From an uncultured Pseudomonadota bacterium (GTDB taxonomy: Bacteria; Pseudomonadota; Gammaproteobacteria; Methylococcales; Methylomonadaceae): a stretch of DNA of 64,000 bases. The notes beneath the pieces were generated by a model, which ran no database searches, was not told the DNA's origin, and saw only the letters and a program-made list of their open reading frames with translations. The stretch lies in the NCBI GenBank assembly GCA_903918375.1, contig CAIXED010000071.1:6875-70874 (forward strand). The letters are read 5' to 3'. Shown one piece after another: positions 49,563 through 60,343 of this stretch; the stretch's first letter is position 1, and every line of letters begins with the position of its first letter. Made by a program: the position numbers and the translations under genes.

Positions 49563-52500
49563 TAGTGTTAGTCGCAACAGCACTTTCTCCAAAAACGCCA
49601 CCTTCTGTTCCATATCCTCAAAATTTTGGGTAAACCTTAATTTATCTGCGCCATCAAATTTATAAACCTGCGCTTGGGTTTGAATCATCATAATCAATTC
49701 ACCGGTATCAATTTGCGGGGTTGAGGTAAAGATAATCCGGCCACCGGTTGCATGGGCTTCGAGTTTTTTAATACCTAAATGCGCGGCTTGTTGTTTTAAC
49801 TCGGTGACTGCAAACAGGGCTTTGGTTTGATCCGGCAATAAACCAAAACGGTCTATCATTTCGACTTTTAAGGCTCGTAAATCATCACTGGTTTCAGCGC
49901 TGGCGATGCGTTTGTACAACACCAAACGAGCGTGAATATCCGGCAGGTAATCTTCGGGAATCAAAGTAGCGGTTTGCAAATCGACTTCTGGGCCGTAATC
50001 AAACGGTGCATCGAGTTCTGGCTGTTTGCCAGATTGCAAAGCTTTTACCGCGCGTTCCAGCAATTCGGTGTACATGGTGAAGCCGATTTCCTGAATTTGA
50101 CCGCTTTGATCATCGCCCAGCAATTCACCGGCGCCACGAATTTCCATGTCATGTGATGACAACATAAAGCCTGCACCCAATTCGCCAGAGCTTTCAAACG
50201 CTTCTAAACGCTTAATCGCATCTTTCGACATCAAAGATTTAGGCGGCACCACGCAATAAGCATAAGCGCGATGATGCGAACGTCCGACACGACCGCGTAG
50301 CTGATGCAACTGCGCCAAGCCTAATTTGTCGGCACGATTGATGATGATGGTATTGGCGGTCGGTACGTCGATACCGCTTTCGATAATCGTGGTGCTGATT
50401 AAGACATTGAAACGCTGGTGATAAAAATCCAGCATGATTTGTTCCAGCTCGCGTTCAGCCATTTGTCCGTGAGCGATTTGCACTCGCGCTTCTGGCACCA
50501 AAGCTTCTAGCTCGCGGGCCATTTTATCCATGCCTTTAACATCGTTATGCAGGAAAAACACCTGGCCACCGCGTTTAATTTCCCGCTGGCAAGCTTCCTG
50601 AATTTGCGAATCTATCCACTCGGTAATGAAGGTTTTAATCGCATGACGATTCGGCGGCGGGGTGGCGATAATCGAAATATCGCGTAGTCCAGACATCGCC
50701 ATGTTTAAAGTGCGCGGAATCGGGGTGGCGGTTAAAGTCAGCAAATCCAGCTCGTGACGCAGTTTTTTGAAATGCTCTTTTTGCGCCACGCCAAACCGAT
50801 GTTCCTCGTCGATAATCACTAAACCCAGCGCTTTATATTCCATGTCTTTGGACAGCAATTTGTGAGTGCCGATTACCACATCGACTTTACCAGCGGCTAA
50901 ATCGTCGTTAATCGCTTTTTGCTGTTTCGGCGTTACAAACCGCGACATCACTTCAATCCGAATTGGCCAATCGGCAAAACGGTCACGGAAGTTTTGATAA
51001 TGTTGTTGGGCGAGGAGGGTAGTGGGCACCAAAACAGCCACTTGTTTGCCGCTTTGCACGGCGATAAATGCCGCCCGCATCGCGACTTCGGTTTTACCAA
51101 AGCCGACATCGCCGCAAACCACGCGATCCATCGGCTGCGGATTAGCCATGTCATGGATAATCGCTTCGATAGCGCTGGCTTGGTCTGGGGTTTCTTCAAA
51201 TGGAAACGCGGCGGCAAAGGCGTTGTATTCGGTGTTTTCGACATTAAAGGCAAAGCCCTGACGCGCCGCACGCTTGGCGTGAATGTCCAGCAATTCAGCG
51301 GCCACATCCCGCGCCCGTTCCATGGCTTTTTTCTTGGCCTTGCTCCATTGCTCGGTGCCTAATTTGTGCAGCGGTGCATTTTCAGCGCTGATGCCGCTGT
51401 AGCGACCGATTAAATGCAAGGATGAAACCGGCACATACAGCTTGTCGTTGTTGGCGTATTCCAGCATCAAAAATTCAGCTTCAAAACCACCGACATTGAG
51501 AGTCTGTAAACCTAAATAACGGCCAACACCGTGTTCTTGATGCACCACTGGCGAGCCGATAGTTAGCTCGTTAAGGTTGTTGAAAATGTTTTCTAATTCA
51601 CGCGCAGCCGATTTGCGGCGACGGCGACGTTGCTGGACTTTTTCGCCATTTAACTGGCTTTCGGTAATGATGGCTAACGGCGGCTTGTCTAGCCATAAAC
51701 CGTGATCCAGCGGTGCAACCACGATAGATAATTTGTCATCGGAAGCTAAAAACTCCGGCCAATTTTGAACTTGTTTAGGCTTGATCTTGACCGCTTTCAG
51801 TTTTTCTAAAATCCCTTCACGATGGCCGGCGGTTTCAGCGATTAACAGGATTTTGCCATCGGCAGTTTCGATAAACTGGCGTAGCTTTTGTGCGGGTTCT
51901 TTTAAGCGGTTATCAATGGCGATTTCCGGTAAGGCTTGGCATTGAAACGGAAAACCGAGCTCGGCTTGGTTGTCCAACACAATCTGAGCAAATTTCTGGC
52001 TGTCTGCTAACAAATCATCAGCGCTCAAAAATAATTGAGTTGGCGGCAATAACGGTCTATCGACGGCGTATTTGCGTTGTTGATAACGCTGTTCGGCTTC
52101 GTCATAAAAGCGCTGGGCGGTGTCGGCAAAATCGCTAGGCACCACAAACACGGCATTTTTCGGCAAATAAGCGAATAAGGATTCGGTTTTATCAACGAAT
52201 AACGGCAGGTAATACTCAATCCCTGCTGGTGCGATGTGTTTGGAAACGTCTAAATACAGCGTGTTTTTCGGTGAAGATTCGGGGAATTGTTCGCGAAACG
52301 CTTGGCGAAAATGCTTGATAGCCTCGTCGGTAAATGGGAATTCACGGGCTGGGAATAGCTCGAATTTATCCATTTTTTGCTGTGACATTTGGCTGTCGGG
52401 GTCGAAGCTGCGAATTGATTCAACTTCATCATCAAACAACTCAATCCGATACGGTTGCTTACTGCCCATTGGGAACAGGTCGATAATCGAGCCGCGCACC

Positions 52501-53000
52501 GCAAATTCACCGTGTTGATAGACTTGCGAAACACATTGATAACCGACCGCTTCCAGTTTGAGGCGGCTCAGTTCCAAGTTCAAAGTGCCACCGACTTCAA
52601 TCACGAAACTATGCGCCAAAATATGTTCGCGGGGTGCTAAGCGGTGCATCAAGGTGGCAACCGAAACAATCAAGGCACCGCGTTTGGTGTCGGGGAGCAG
52701 GGCAAGGGTGCGTAGGCGTTCGGAAATGATTTCCGGTAGCGGTGAAAACACGTCATACGGCAAGGTTTCCCAGTCGGGAAAATGCAAAATCGGTAGGCTA
52801 TTATTCAAGAAAAAGCCTAATTCATGTTCCAAACGCAACGCGGTTTGGGTGTCGGAGGTGACAATCACCCATAAGCGTTGTTGTTGAGCAATCGCGGTGG
52901 CTAAAGCTAAGGAATCACCGCAGCCATTCAAACCGCTCCAAAACAGAGGTTGATCGGGGCTAACAGCCAATGCTGATTCAGGAATAAGCGATAAAGACAT
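49548..53000 (-). CDS. mfd: Transcription-repair coupling factor
   Basis: 1150 aa with a UvrB-homology N-terminus, CarD-like region, GDVGFGKTEVA, DEEHRFG and a TRG motif region. Confidence 0.97.
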   Translation of the reverse strand: MSLSLIPESALAVSPDQPLFWSGLNGCGDSLALATAIAQQQRLWVIVTSDTQTALRLEHELGFFLNNSLPILHFPDWETLPYDVFSPLPEIISERLRTLALLPDTKRGALIVSVATLMHRLAPREHILAHSFVIEVGGTLNLELSRLKLEAVGYQCVSQVYQHGEFAVRGSIIDLFPMGSKQPYRIELFDDEVESIRSFDPDSQMSQQKMDKFELFPAREFPFTDEAIKHFRQAFREQFPESSPKNTLYLDVSKHIAPAGIEYYLPLFVDKTESLFAYLPKNAVFVVPSDFADTAQRFYDEAEQRYQQRKYAVDRPLLPPTQLFLSADDLLADSQKFAQIVLDNQAELGFPFQCQALPEIAIDNRLKEPAQKLRQFIETADGKILLIAETAGHREGILEKLKAVKIKPKQVQNWPEFLASDDKLSIVVAPLDHGLWLDKPPLAIITESQLNGEKVQQRRRRRKSAARELENIFNNLNELTIGSPVVHQEHGVGRYLGLQTLNVGGFEAEFLMLEYANNDKLYVPVSSLHLIGRYSGISAENAPLHKLGTEQWSKAKKKAMERARDVAAELLDIHAKRAARQGFAFNVENTEYNAFAAAFPFEETPDQASAIEAIIHDMANPQPMDRVVCGDVGFGKTEVAMRAAFIAVQSGKQVAVLVPTTLLAQQHYQNFRDRFADWPIRIEVMSRFVTPKQQKAINDDLAAGKVDVVIGTHKLLSKDMEYKALGLVIIDEEHRFGVAQKEHFKKLRHELDLLTLTATPIPRTLNMAMSGLRDISIIATPPPNRHAIKTFITEWIDSQIQEACQREIKRGGQVFFLHNDVKGMDKMARELEALVPEARVQIAHGQMAERELEQIMLDFYHQRFNVLISTTIIESGIDVPTANTIIINRADKLGLAQLHQLRGRVGRSHHRAYAYCVVPPKSLMSKDAIKRLEAFESSGELGAGFMLSSHDMEIRGAGELLGDDQSGQIQEIGFTMYTELLERAVKALQSGKQPELDAPFDYGPEVDLQTATLIPEDYLPDIHARLVLYKRIASAETSDDLRALKVEMIDRFGLLPDQTKALFAVTELKQQAAHLGIKKLEAHATGGRIIFTSTPQIDTGELIMMIQTQAQVYKFDGADKLRFTQNFEDMEQKVAFLEKVLLRLTLKNPA

Positions 53001-53344
53001 GGTGTTTGGATTAAATGACAGATGGCGAGATTATAACCATGTTAAGTAACCGATGTGACGCAGCCCGTAGGCATTCCAGCGTGAAGAAGGCATAAATCGA
53101 CATAAACAGAGGGTTGTTTGACACAATTAGCCGTACGAAGAATTAGTTGCAACAACAAAATCGAAAAGCCTAAACCGTTCTAGCTTAGGTTTGCTTATCT
53201 CTAACGTCATAACCTCCAGACATATACCGTCATCTAGCTTATTGCGGTAACATTAGCGCATTTTGTCATTTCCCCAACAACTGAACATGCATTTGATCGC
53301 ATCAGCTGAAACAAACGCTGCCTCGCTAAATAAGGGACTAAATT

Positions 53345-55750
53345 ATGGACAAGCTTAGCCTTAGCGAACGCGATATTTGCACAAAATTCATCACCCCAGC
53401 CATTCAAAAAGCCGGCTGGCAACAACATCAGTTCCGTGAAGAAGTAAATCTCACTGACGGTCGTGTCATGGTGCGAGGTAAACTCGCAGCACGCATCAAA
53501 AACCCAGAGGCAAAAGGCGGTCCCAAACGTGCCGATTTCGTACTCTATGCAAGGCCCAACCACCCTATCGCAGTAGTTGAAGCCAAACAGGCCAAGTTTT
53601 CTATTGGTCATGGTATGCAACAGGCCTTGGCCTATGCCGAAATGCTAGATACACCGTTTGCCATCAGCAGCAACGGCGATGGCTTTCTTCTGCACGACCG
53701 AACCGGTCTCACTCAACCAGTAGAACGTGAGCTACCACTCAACGAATTCCCTGCTTTGGATGAGCTTTGGCCGCTGTACCAGCAATGGAAAGGGCTGGCC
53801 GCACCCGAAGCTGTCAAACTCATTGAACAGCCTTTCCATACTGATGGCAGCGGCAAAGAACCCCGCTATTACCAACGCGTGGCAATCAATCGCGCTATAG
53901 AAGCAGTCGCAAAGGGCCAACAACGTGTACTGCTGGTTATGGCCACTGGCACCGGTAAAACCTACACCGCTTTTCAGATTATTTGGCGACTGTGGAAAGC
54001 CAAATCCAAGAAGCGCATCCTGTTTCTGGCTGATCGCAATATTCTGGTTGACCAAACTATGCAGCAAGACTTCGCACCGTTTGGCGAAGTAATGCACAAG
54101 GTCAGCAATCGCGAAGTTAAGAAAAACTACGAAATTTACCTAGCGCTCTACCAAGCAGTCACAGGCAAAGAAGAATGGAAGCAAATTTATCGCCAATTTC
54201 CAGCTGACTTCTTTGATCTAGTCGTGATTGACGAATGCCACCGAGGCAGCGCCGCGGAAGACTCCGCTTGGCGTGAAGTGCTTGGCTATTTCACCAGCGC
54301 AACCCATTTAGGACTTACCGCTACCCCTAAGGAAACAAAAGAAATTAGCAACAGTAACTACTTTGGCGAACCGATTTACACCTATTCGCTCAAGCAGGGC
54401 ATCGAAGATGGTTTTCTTGCGCCTTACAAAGTGATCCGCATAGCCACCGATGTAGATGCAGTAGGCTACACCCCAGAAAAAGGTAAGGTCGATAAACTCG
54501 GCCAAGCGGTTGAGCAACGTCACTACAACACCAAAGATTTCGACCGTAATCTGGTACTGGAAAAACGCACCAAACTGGTTGCCAGCAAAGTATGGGAATA
54601 CCTTAAGGCCACTGATCCGATGGCGAAAACCATCGTCTTTTGCGACGATCAAGATCACGCCGAACGTATGCGCCAAGAACTGGTGAAGCTGATTCCAGCT
54701 GCAGCCAATAACCGCCGCTACGTGATGCGCATCACTGGCGACGACAACGAAGGCAAAGCACAACTGTCGTACTTCATTGATAACGATGAACCTTATCCGG
54801 TGATTGCGACTACCTCCAAACTTCTGACCACTGGCGTCGATGCCAAAACCTGCAAGCTCATCGTACTGGATCAGAACATCAACTCAATGACCGAGTTCAA
54901 ACAAATCATTGGCCGAGGCACACGCCTGCGTGAGGATTATCAGAAACTGTACTTCACCATCATGGACTTTAAAGGCGCTACACGACTGTTCGCCGATGCC
55001 GATTTCGATGGCGAGCCGGTCGTAATATACGAGCCAAAACCCGATGAACCGGTCGTTCCCCCAGACACCAATCCAGAGGATATCCTTGAACCCACGCCAC
55101 CACCTTACGGCTCTAGCACCACGGGTAGCAATGACACCGACGCTGAAGGTCGCACTAAATACGTCATCGACGACGTCAACGTGCAAGTGGCTGTCGAGCG
55201 CTCTCAATACCTTGATGCCGACGGTAAACTGATGACCGAAGACTACCGAGTCTTGCTCAAAGACGACATCAAGAAAACTTTACAGACCGAATTCGGCAGC
55301 CTCACCGACTTTCTGCGTCGCTGGAACAATGCCGAACGCAAACAAGCGGTACTAGAGCAATTGGCTGAACATGGCGTAGCTCTGGACATCCTACAGCAGG
55401 CAGTAAGCAACGGCAGCGAGTTAGATGCTTTTGATCTGGTTGCTCACGTTGCCTTCGATCAAAAACCACTGACCCGCCGCGAACGCGCCAATCAAGTGAA
55501 AAAGCGCGATGTGTTCGGTAAATACGGTGAACAAGCCCGTGCTGTGCTGGAGGCTCTACTCGAGAAATTTGCCGACCACGGTGTGCAAGACATTGAAGAC
55601 GCTAGAGTGCTGGAACTGCCGCCTTTTGATCAATTCGGCAGCAAAACCCAAATCCGTCGCGGCATTTTTGGCAGTGTCGAGCAATATAGCCAAGCCATAC
55701 AAGAACTCGAACAAGCGCTTTATGACCCATCTTTACAAAAACAAGCCTAA
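53345..55750 (+). CDS. hsdR: Type I restriction enzyme R subunit (EcoEI/COG4096-like)
   Basis: It has an N-terminal nuclease core (ADFVLY...IAVVEAKQ...AISSNGDG), helicase motifs (ATGTGKT, DECHRG, LGLTATP, QIIGRGTR) and a C-terminal helical domain. Confidence 0.9.
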   Translation: MDKLSLSERDICTKFITPAIQKAGWQQHQFREEVNLTDGRVMVRGKLAARIKNPEAKGGPKRADFVLYARPNHPIAVVEAKQAKFSIGHGMQQALAYAEMLDTPFAISSNGDGFLLHDRTGLTQPVERELPLNEFPALDELWPLYQQWKGLAAPEAVKLIEQPFHTDGSGKEPRYYQRVAINRAIEAVAKGQQRVLLVMATGTGKTYTAFQIIWRLWKAKSKKRILFLADRNILVDQTMQQDFAPFGEVMHKVSNREVKKNYEIYLALYQAVTGKEEWKQIYRQFPADFFDLVVIDECHRGSAAEDSAWREVLGYFTSATHLGLTATPKETKEISNSNYFGEPIYTYSLKQGIEDGFLAPYKVIRIATDVDAVGYTPEKGKVDKLGQAVEQRHYNTKDFDRNLVLEKRTKLVASKVWEYLKATDPMAKTIVFCDDQDHAERMRQELVKLIPAAANNRRYVMRITGDDNEGKAQLSYFIDNDEPYPVIATTSKLLTTGVDAKTCKLIVLDQNINSMTEFKQIIGRGTRLREDYQKLYFTIMDFKGATRLFADADFDGEPVVIYEPKPDEPVVPPDTNPEDILEPTPPPYGSSTTGSNDTDAEGRTKYVIDDVNVQVAVERSQYLDADGKLMTEDYRVLLKDDIKKTLQTEFGSLTDFLRRWNNAERKQAVLEQLAEHGVALDILQQAVSNGSELDAFDLVAHVAFDQKPLTRRERANQVKKRDVFGKYGEQARAVLEALLEKFADHGVQDIEDARVLELPPFDQFGSKTQIRRGIFGSVEQYSQAIQELEQALYDPSLQKQA

Positions 55751-55786
55751 ACCATGCGCCTGTTTACAAAATAAGAGCAATACACA

Positions 55787-57564
55787 ATGAATCTCAGCAG
55801 TACCATCAAATCCATCCAAGACATCATGCGTAAAGACGACGGCGTTGACGGCGATGCCCAGCGTCTCGGCCAGCTCACTTGGATGTTATTCCTAAAAGTG
55901 TTCGACCAGCGCGAAGAAGAATGGGAAGACGACAATTCCAGCTATCAATCGCCTTTGCCAAATTATTTACGTTGGCGTAACTGGGCTGCCTATATCGCTG
56001 ACGCGGATGGCAAGAAAAAACCGCAAATTGCCGCCAGCGAAGTGATTGGTTTTGTTAACAACGACTTATTCCCCGCACTCAAAGAACTCAATGCCAACCG
56101 AAGCCCACAACACAAAGTAATCCGTGGCGTTTTTGAAGATGCCAACAACTACATGAAGTCGGGTACTCAATTACTAGCGGTCATCGAAAAGCTAGAAGAC
56201 GCCATCAACTTTCACGACTTTAAAACCCGCGCCAGCCTAGGCGACGTTTACGAACAAATGCTCAACGACCTACGTGGAGCAGGCAATGCAGGCGAGTTCT
56301 ACACCCCACGCGCCATTACTGCCTTCATGGCAGACCGCGTTAATCCACGCTTAGACAAACGCGAAACGGTGATGGACCCTGCCTGCGGCACTGGCGGCTT
56401 CTTAACTGCCGCTATCGACCACTTTCGCAACCAGCTCACCACCAAATCCAACGCTGACGACAAACGAGCCATTGAAGAGCTAATCCACGGCATCGAAAAA
56501 AAACAGCTACCACATCTGCTATGCACCACCAACATGCTGCTACATGGCATCGACGTACCCAGCCAGATCGAACACAAAAACACGCTGGGCATTGGTTGGA
56601 ACGAATGGAGTTCTAACAAAAAGATCGATTGCATCATCACCAACCCGCCATTTGGCGGCTACGAAGACGATGGCGTGGGTAGCGATTACCCAGCCGACCT
56701 ACGCACCCGCGAAACCGCCGACATGTTCATGGCGCTGATCATCAAAAATTGCTAAAGGAAAATGGTCGTGCTGCGGTGGTATTGCCGGATGGCTTTTTGT
56801 TTGGCGACGGCATCAAAGGCACCTTGAAAAAACTACTGTTGCGCGATTGCAAGCTACATACCATTATCCGCCTACCCAAAGGCGTATTTGCACCGTACAC
56901 CACCATCAAAACCAACCTGTTGTTTTTCACAAAAGGCAATCTGGCAGACGACGGCACCGAGCATTTTCATACCGATAGCATTTGGTTCTACGAGCATCCT
57001 TATCCAAGCGGTTATAAGAGCTATTCCAAAACCAAACCCATCCGCCTCGAAGAATTCAAGCCCGAGCAGGAATGGTGGGGCACCGAGATCAATGATTTCG
57101 CCGACCGCGTGGAAAACCAATTTGCTTGGAAAGTCGATTTCAAAACCAAGCGCGAACAGGCCGAAGCCGCCGCCGCACCACACTGGCAACGCGCCGAAGC
57201 CCTTAACAACCAAGCCGCTAAACTAGAGGGCGAAGCAAGCGAGTTGCGTAAAAGTCTAGTCGGCACCACCGACACCGCTTACCGCGAAAAAATCGATGCC
57301 CAGATTACCGATCTCCGCGCCCAAGCCGAACCGTTGCGCTTGCAAGCCCGCGATGCCCAAGCGGCTGGCGACCGAATTTATTGGCCAATCTTCAATCTCG
57401 ACATCAAAAATCCCAATACCCCAGAAGAAGAAAGCCACGATCCAGATTTATTACTAGAGAAATATAAAAAACTAATCGGCGAGATAGAGGAAACCGAAAA
57501 CCAGTTGAAAAACGAACTGGCTGCCGCCTTAGCGCATCATTTCACAACCGAGAATCTCAAATGA
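55787..57564 (+). pseudogene. hsdM: Type I R-M DNA methyltransferase subunit HsdM, interrupted by a 1-nt frameshift in an A5 run (56744-56748)
   Basis: The two ORFs (55787-56755 and 56749-57564) are the N- and C-terminal parts of one HsdM (HsdM_N, GEFYTPR, ITNPPFGG, then GRAAVVLPDGFLFG...TNLLFFTKG). Adding one A gives the continuous reading LIIKKLLKENGRAAVV. Confidence 0.75.
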
Positions 57565-58625
57565 GCAGCAGCCAGCCAACGCCAGAAAATCCGCAATTAC
57601 TCGGCGACATCCGCCTGTTAATCGACGCCAGCCGCAGCACACTCACCGCTACCGTTAACAGTGCCTTAACTCAACTATACTGGCACATCGGCCAACGCAT
57701 TCGTAGCGAAGTGCTTAACAACCAACGCGCTGAGTATGGCGAGCAAATTGTCCTGATGCTGGCTAACCAATTACAAGCCGACTATGGACGCGGCTTTTCC
57801 GCTAAAAGCTTGCGCCACATGTTGCGTTTTGCTGAATGCTATCCCGACCATCAAATTGTCTCGACACTGTCGAGACAATTGTCTTGGAGTCATTTTTTAG
57901 AACTCATCTATCTCAAAGATTCGTTGCAACGCGACTTCTACACCCAAATGAGCGCTCAGGAAGGCTGGAGTGTGCGGCGTTTACGTGAACGTAAAGATAC
58001 CCTGTTATTCGAGCGCACTGCCTTGTCCCAGCAACCAGAGGCATTACTGGCCGACGAACTAACGGCATTGCGAGAAACCGGCGAGCTAATCCCTGCGCTG
58101 GTACTCAAAGACCCTTACCTACTCGATTTTCTGCAACTCAACGACCGCTATCTGGAAAAAGACCTAGAAGACGCCATTCTGCGTGAACTCGAAAACTTCC
58201 TGCTAGAACTTGGCGCTGGCTTTAGCTTTGTCGCTCGCCAAAAGCGGTTGCAAATCGACAACGACGATTTCTACATAGACCTATTGTTTTACAACCGCCG
58301 CCTAAAACGCTTGGTAGCGATTGATTTAAAACTGGGCGACTTCAAAGCTGCCGACAAAGGCCAGATGGAGCTGTATTTACGCTGGCTGGCTAAACATGAG
58401 CAAGAACCCGGCGAAGCCGCACCGCTGGGAATTATCTTGTGCAGTGGCAAAAAACAGGAACAAATCGAGTTACTAGAACTCGACGCCAGCGGCATCCACG
58501 TTGCTGAATATCTCACCGAGCTACCGCCCAAAGCCCTGCTGCAACAAAAACTCCACGAAGCCATTATCCAATCACGGCAACGGCTGGATAATCGTAGCGT
58601 TGACCAAAACGGCGAGGTAGCCTGA
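57561..58625 (+). CDS. YhcG/DUF1016-family PD-(D/E)XK nuclease-domain protein embedded in the R-M operon
   Basis: It has an N-terminal DUF1016-like helical region (LYWHIGQRI...YGEQIV..LA..L) and a C-terminal core (FYIDLLFYNRRLKRLVAIDLKLG). An ATGA overlap joins it to hsdM and a TGATG overlap joins it to hsdS. Confidence 0.8.
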   Translation: MSSSQPTPENPQLLGDIRLLIDASRSTLTATVNSALTQLYWHIGQRIRSEVLNNQRAEYGEQIVLMLANQLQADYGRGFSAKSLRHMLRFAECYPDHQIVSTLSRQLSWSHFLELIYLKDSLQRDFYTQMSAQEGWSVRRLRERKDTLLFERTALSQQPEALLADELTALRETGELIPALVLKDPYLLDFLQLNDRYLEKDLEDAILRELENFLLELGAGFSFVARQKRLQIDNDDFYIDLLFYNRRLKRLVAIDLKLGDFKAADKGQMELYLRWLAKHEQEPGEAAPLGIILCSGKKQEQIELLELDASGIHVAEYLTELPPKALLQQKLHEAIIQSRQRLDNRSVDQNGEVA

Positions 58626-60343
58626 TGGACGCACAACAGTTTTTGGCGGAGTTTGGGCATATTGCGAATGCGCCGGGGGGCATAGCGAAGTTGCGACTAT
58701 TGGTTTTACAGTTTGCAATACAAGGTCGGCTAATTAGCTCACTTACAACAATCGAATCATCCGATGCGTTGTTGGCAGAAATTCGGACAATAAAGTCCAA
58801 ACTCATTTCAGATAAAAAGCTTTCACGGGAAAAACCATTTCCTAAAATTTCTAGGTCAGAAATTAATGCTGAGATTCCTCCACACTGGAATTTGATTCGA
58901 TTAGGCGAATTATGGCATTTACTGTCTGGACGTGATCTCGAACCAAGTCAGTATAACGAGTCAAAAAATGGTATTCCCTATATTACCGGTGCCAGCAACA
59001 TTGAAAAGGGTGCAATCAATATAAACCGATGGACAGCATCCCCTTTGGTCGTATCAATACATGGAGATTTACTAATTACATGCAAAGGTACAATTGGAAA
59101 AACAGCATTCAATAATATTGGCGAGGCACATATAGCGCGTCAAATTATGGCGATACGAAATTTTTCTGGAAAATTGCATACGGGGTTTCTCAAAATTTGG
59201 CTGGATGGATTTGTTAACCAATTAGCAAGTAAATCAAAAAGTATGATTCCAGGTTTCTCAAGGGATGATCTTATCCTAGCTATTTATCCCGTACCTCCAG
59301 CAGAAGAACAAGCCCGCATCGTCGCCAAAGTTGATGAACTAATGGCCTTGTGCGACAAACTGGAAACGCAGCAGCAAGCCCGCCGCAAACTGCAAAACAA
59401 CCTGCGCAAGTCCACCCTGCAAGCCGTCGCCAGCGCCACCAGCCCACACGAACTACAAAGCAGCTGGGCGCGCTTAGCTGACAACTTTGGTAGGCTGTTT
59501 TATGCACCGGAGGATGTAGCTGACATAAGAAATATGATCACCGAACTTACAATTCTTGGGGCGCTTGATGCGTTGAGCGAACCAACCGATGTCACAACCG
59601 TGGATGTCTATTTAGCAGAATTAGCTGGCAAAAAGTCGGGCAAAAAATTTGCTAAAACCATAAAACCGAAAGAGGCAATTTCTTTGCCTAATGGATGGCG
59701 ATGGGTTCTCTTGGAGGAACTATTGGTTTCTTCCGAATCAGGATGGAGCCCAAAATGTGACTCAGAACCTCGGTACAACGGAGAGTGGGGTGTACTAAAG
59801 GTTAGCTCGGTGACATGGGGTGTTTTTAAACCGGAAGAAAATAAGCGTTTGCCTCCATCGCTTGAACCTCGCCCCTACTGTGAAGTGAAGCCTGGCGACT
59901 TCATGCTATCGCGCGCCAATACTGCAGATCTTGTTGCACGTAGCGTTATCGCTCCAGATAACTGCCCCGAAAAATTATTGATGAGCGATAAAATCGTTCG
60001 ACTCCATTTTCTGGATGACAAACTCAAAGCTTGGGTAAATTTGGTTAACAATTCAGATTTAGCTCGTGAATATTACAAATCAAAAGCAACGGGTACTAGC
60101 GATTCAATGCGAAATGTTTCGCGTCAAGTTATTCATGAGCTCCCCATACCTCTTCCCTCTATGGCTACACAGAAGAGATTATTGAGTACCTTTAGCCTTT
60201 TAATGAAGTTTTGTGATGAACTGGAACGACAAGCGGCATCACGTAGGAAATTAAGTGTTCAATTTTCAACGACAGCGGTATCTAGCATTACTGACATAGA
60301 CACCGAACAAAAAGACGATCCCATGAAAGCCCCGCAAACCTAA
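58625..60343 (+). CDS. hsdS: Type I R-M specificity subunit HsdS (two target-recognition domains)
   Basis: It has two TRD-like halves, each followed by a conserved helical spacer (EEQARIVAKVDELMALCDKLE and TQKRLLSTFSLLMKFCDELE). Confidence 0.85.
   Translation: MDAQQFLAEFGHIANAPGGIAKLRLLVLQFAIQGRLISSLTTIESSDALLAEIRTIKSKLISDKKLSREKPFPKISRSEINAEIPPHWNLIRLGELWHLLSGRDLEPSQYNESKNGIPYITGASNIEKGAININRWTASPLVVSIHGDLLITCKGTIGKTAFNNIGEAHIARQIMAIRNFSGKLHTGFLKIWLDGFVNQLASKSKSMIPGFSRDDLILAIYPVPPAEEQARIVAKVDELMALCDKLETQQQARRKLQNNLRKSTLQAVASATSPHELQSSWARLADNFGRLFYAPEDVADIRNMITELTILGALDALSEPTDVTTVDVYLAELAGKKSGKKFAKTIKPKEAISLPNGWRWVLLEELLVSSESGWSPKCDSEPRYNGEWGVLKVSSVTWGVFKPEENKRLPPSLEPRPYCEVKPGDFMLSRANTADLVARSVIAPDNCPEKLLMSDKIVRLHFLDDKLKAWVNLVNNSDLAREYYKSKATGTSDSMRNVSRQVIHELPIPLPSMATQKRLLSTFSLLMKFCDELERQAASRRKLSVQFSTTAVSSITDIDTEQKDDPMKAPQT

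Noticed and set aside
53234-53620. A 128-aa minus-strand ORF overlapping the hsdR start
   Set aside because: It is antisense to a well-supported hsdR N-terminus and has no motifs.
56741-56755. Programmed ribosomal frameshifting or transcriptional slippage at the hsdM A-run
   Set aside because: There are only five A residues, with no X_XXY_YYZ heptamer and no obvious downstream stimulatory structure. A mutation or a homopolymer sequencing error is more likely.
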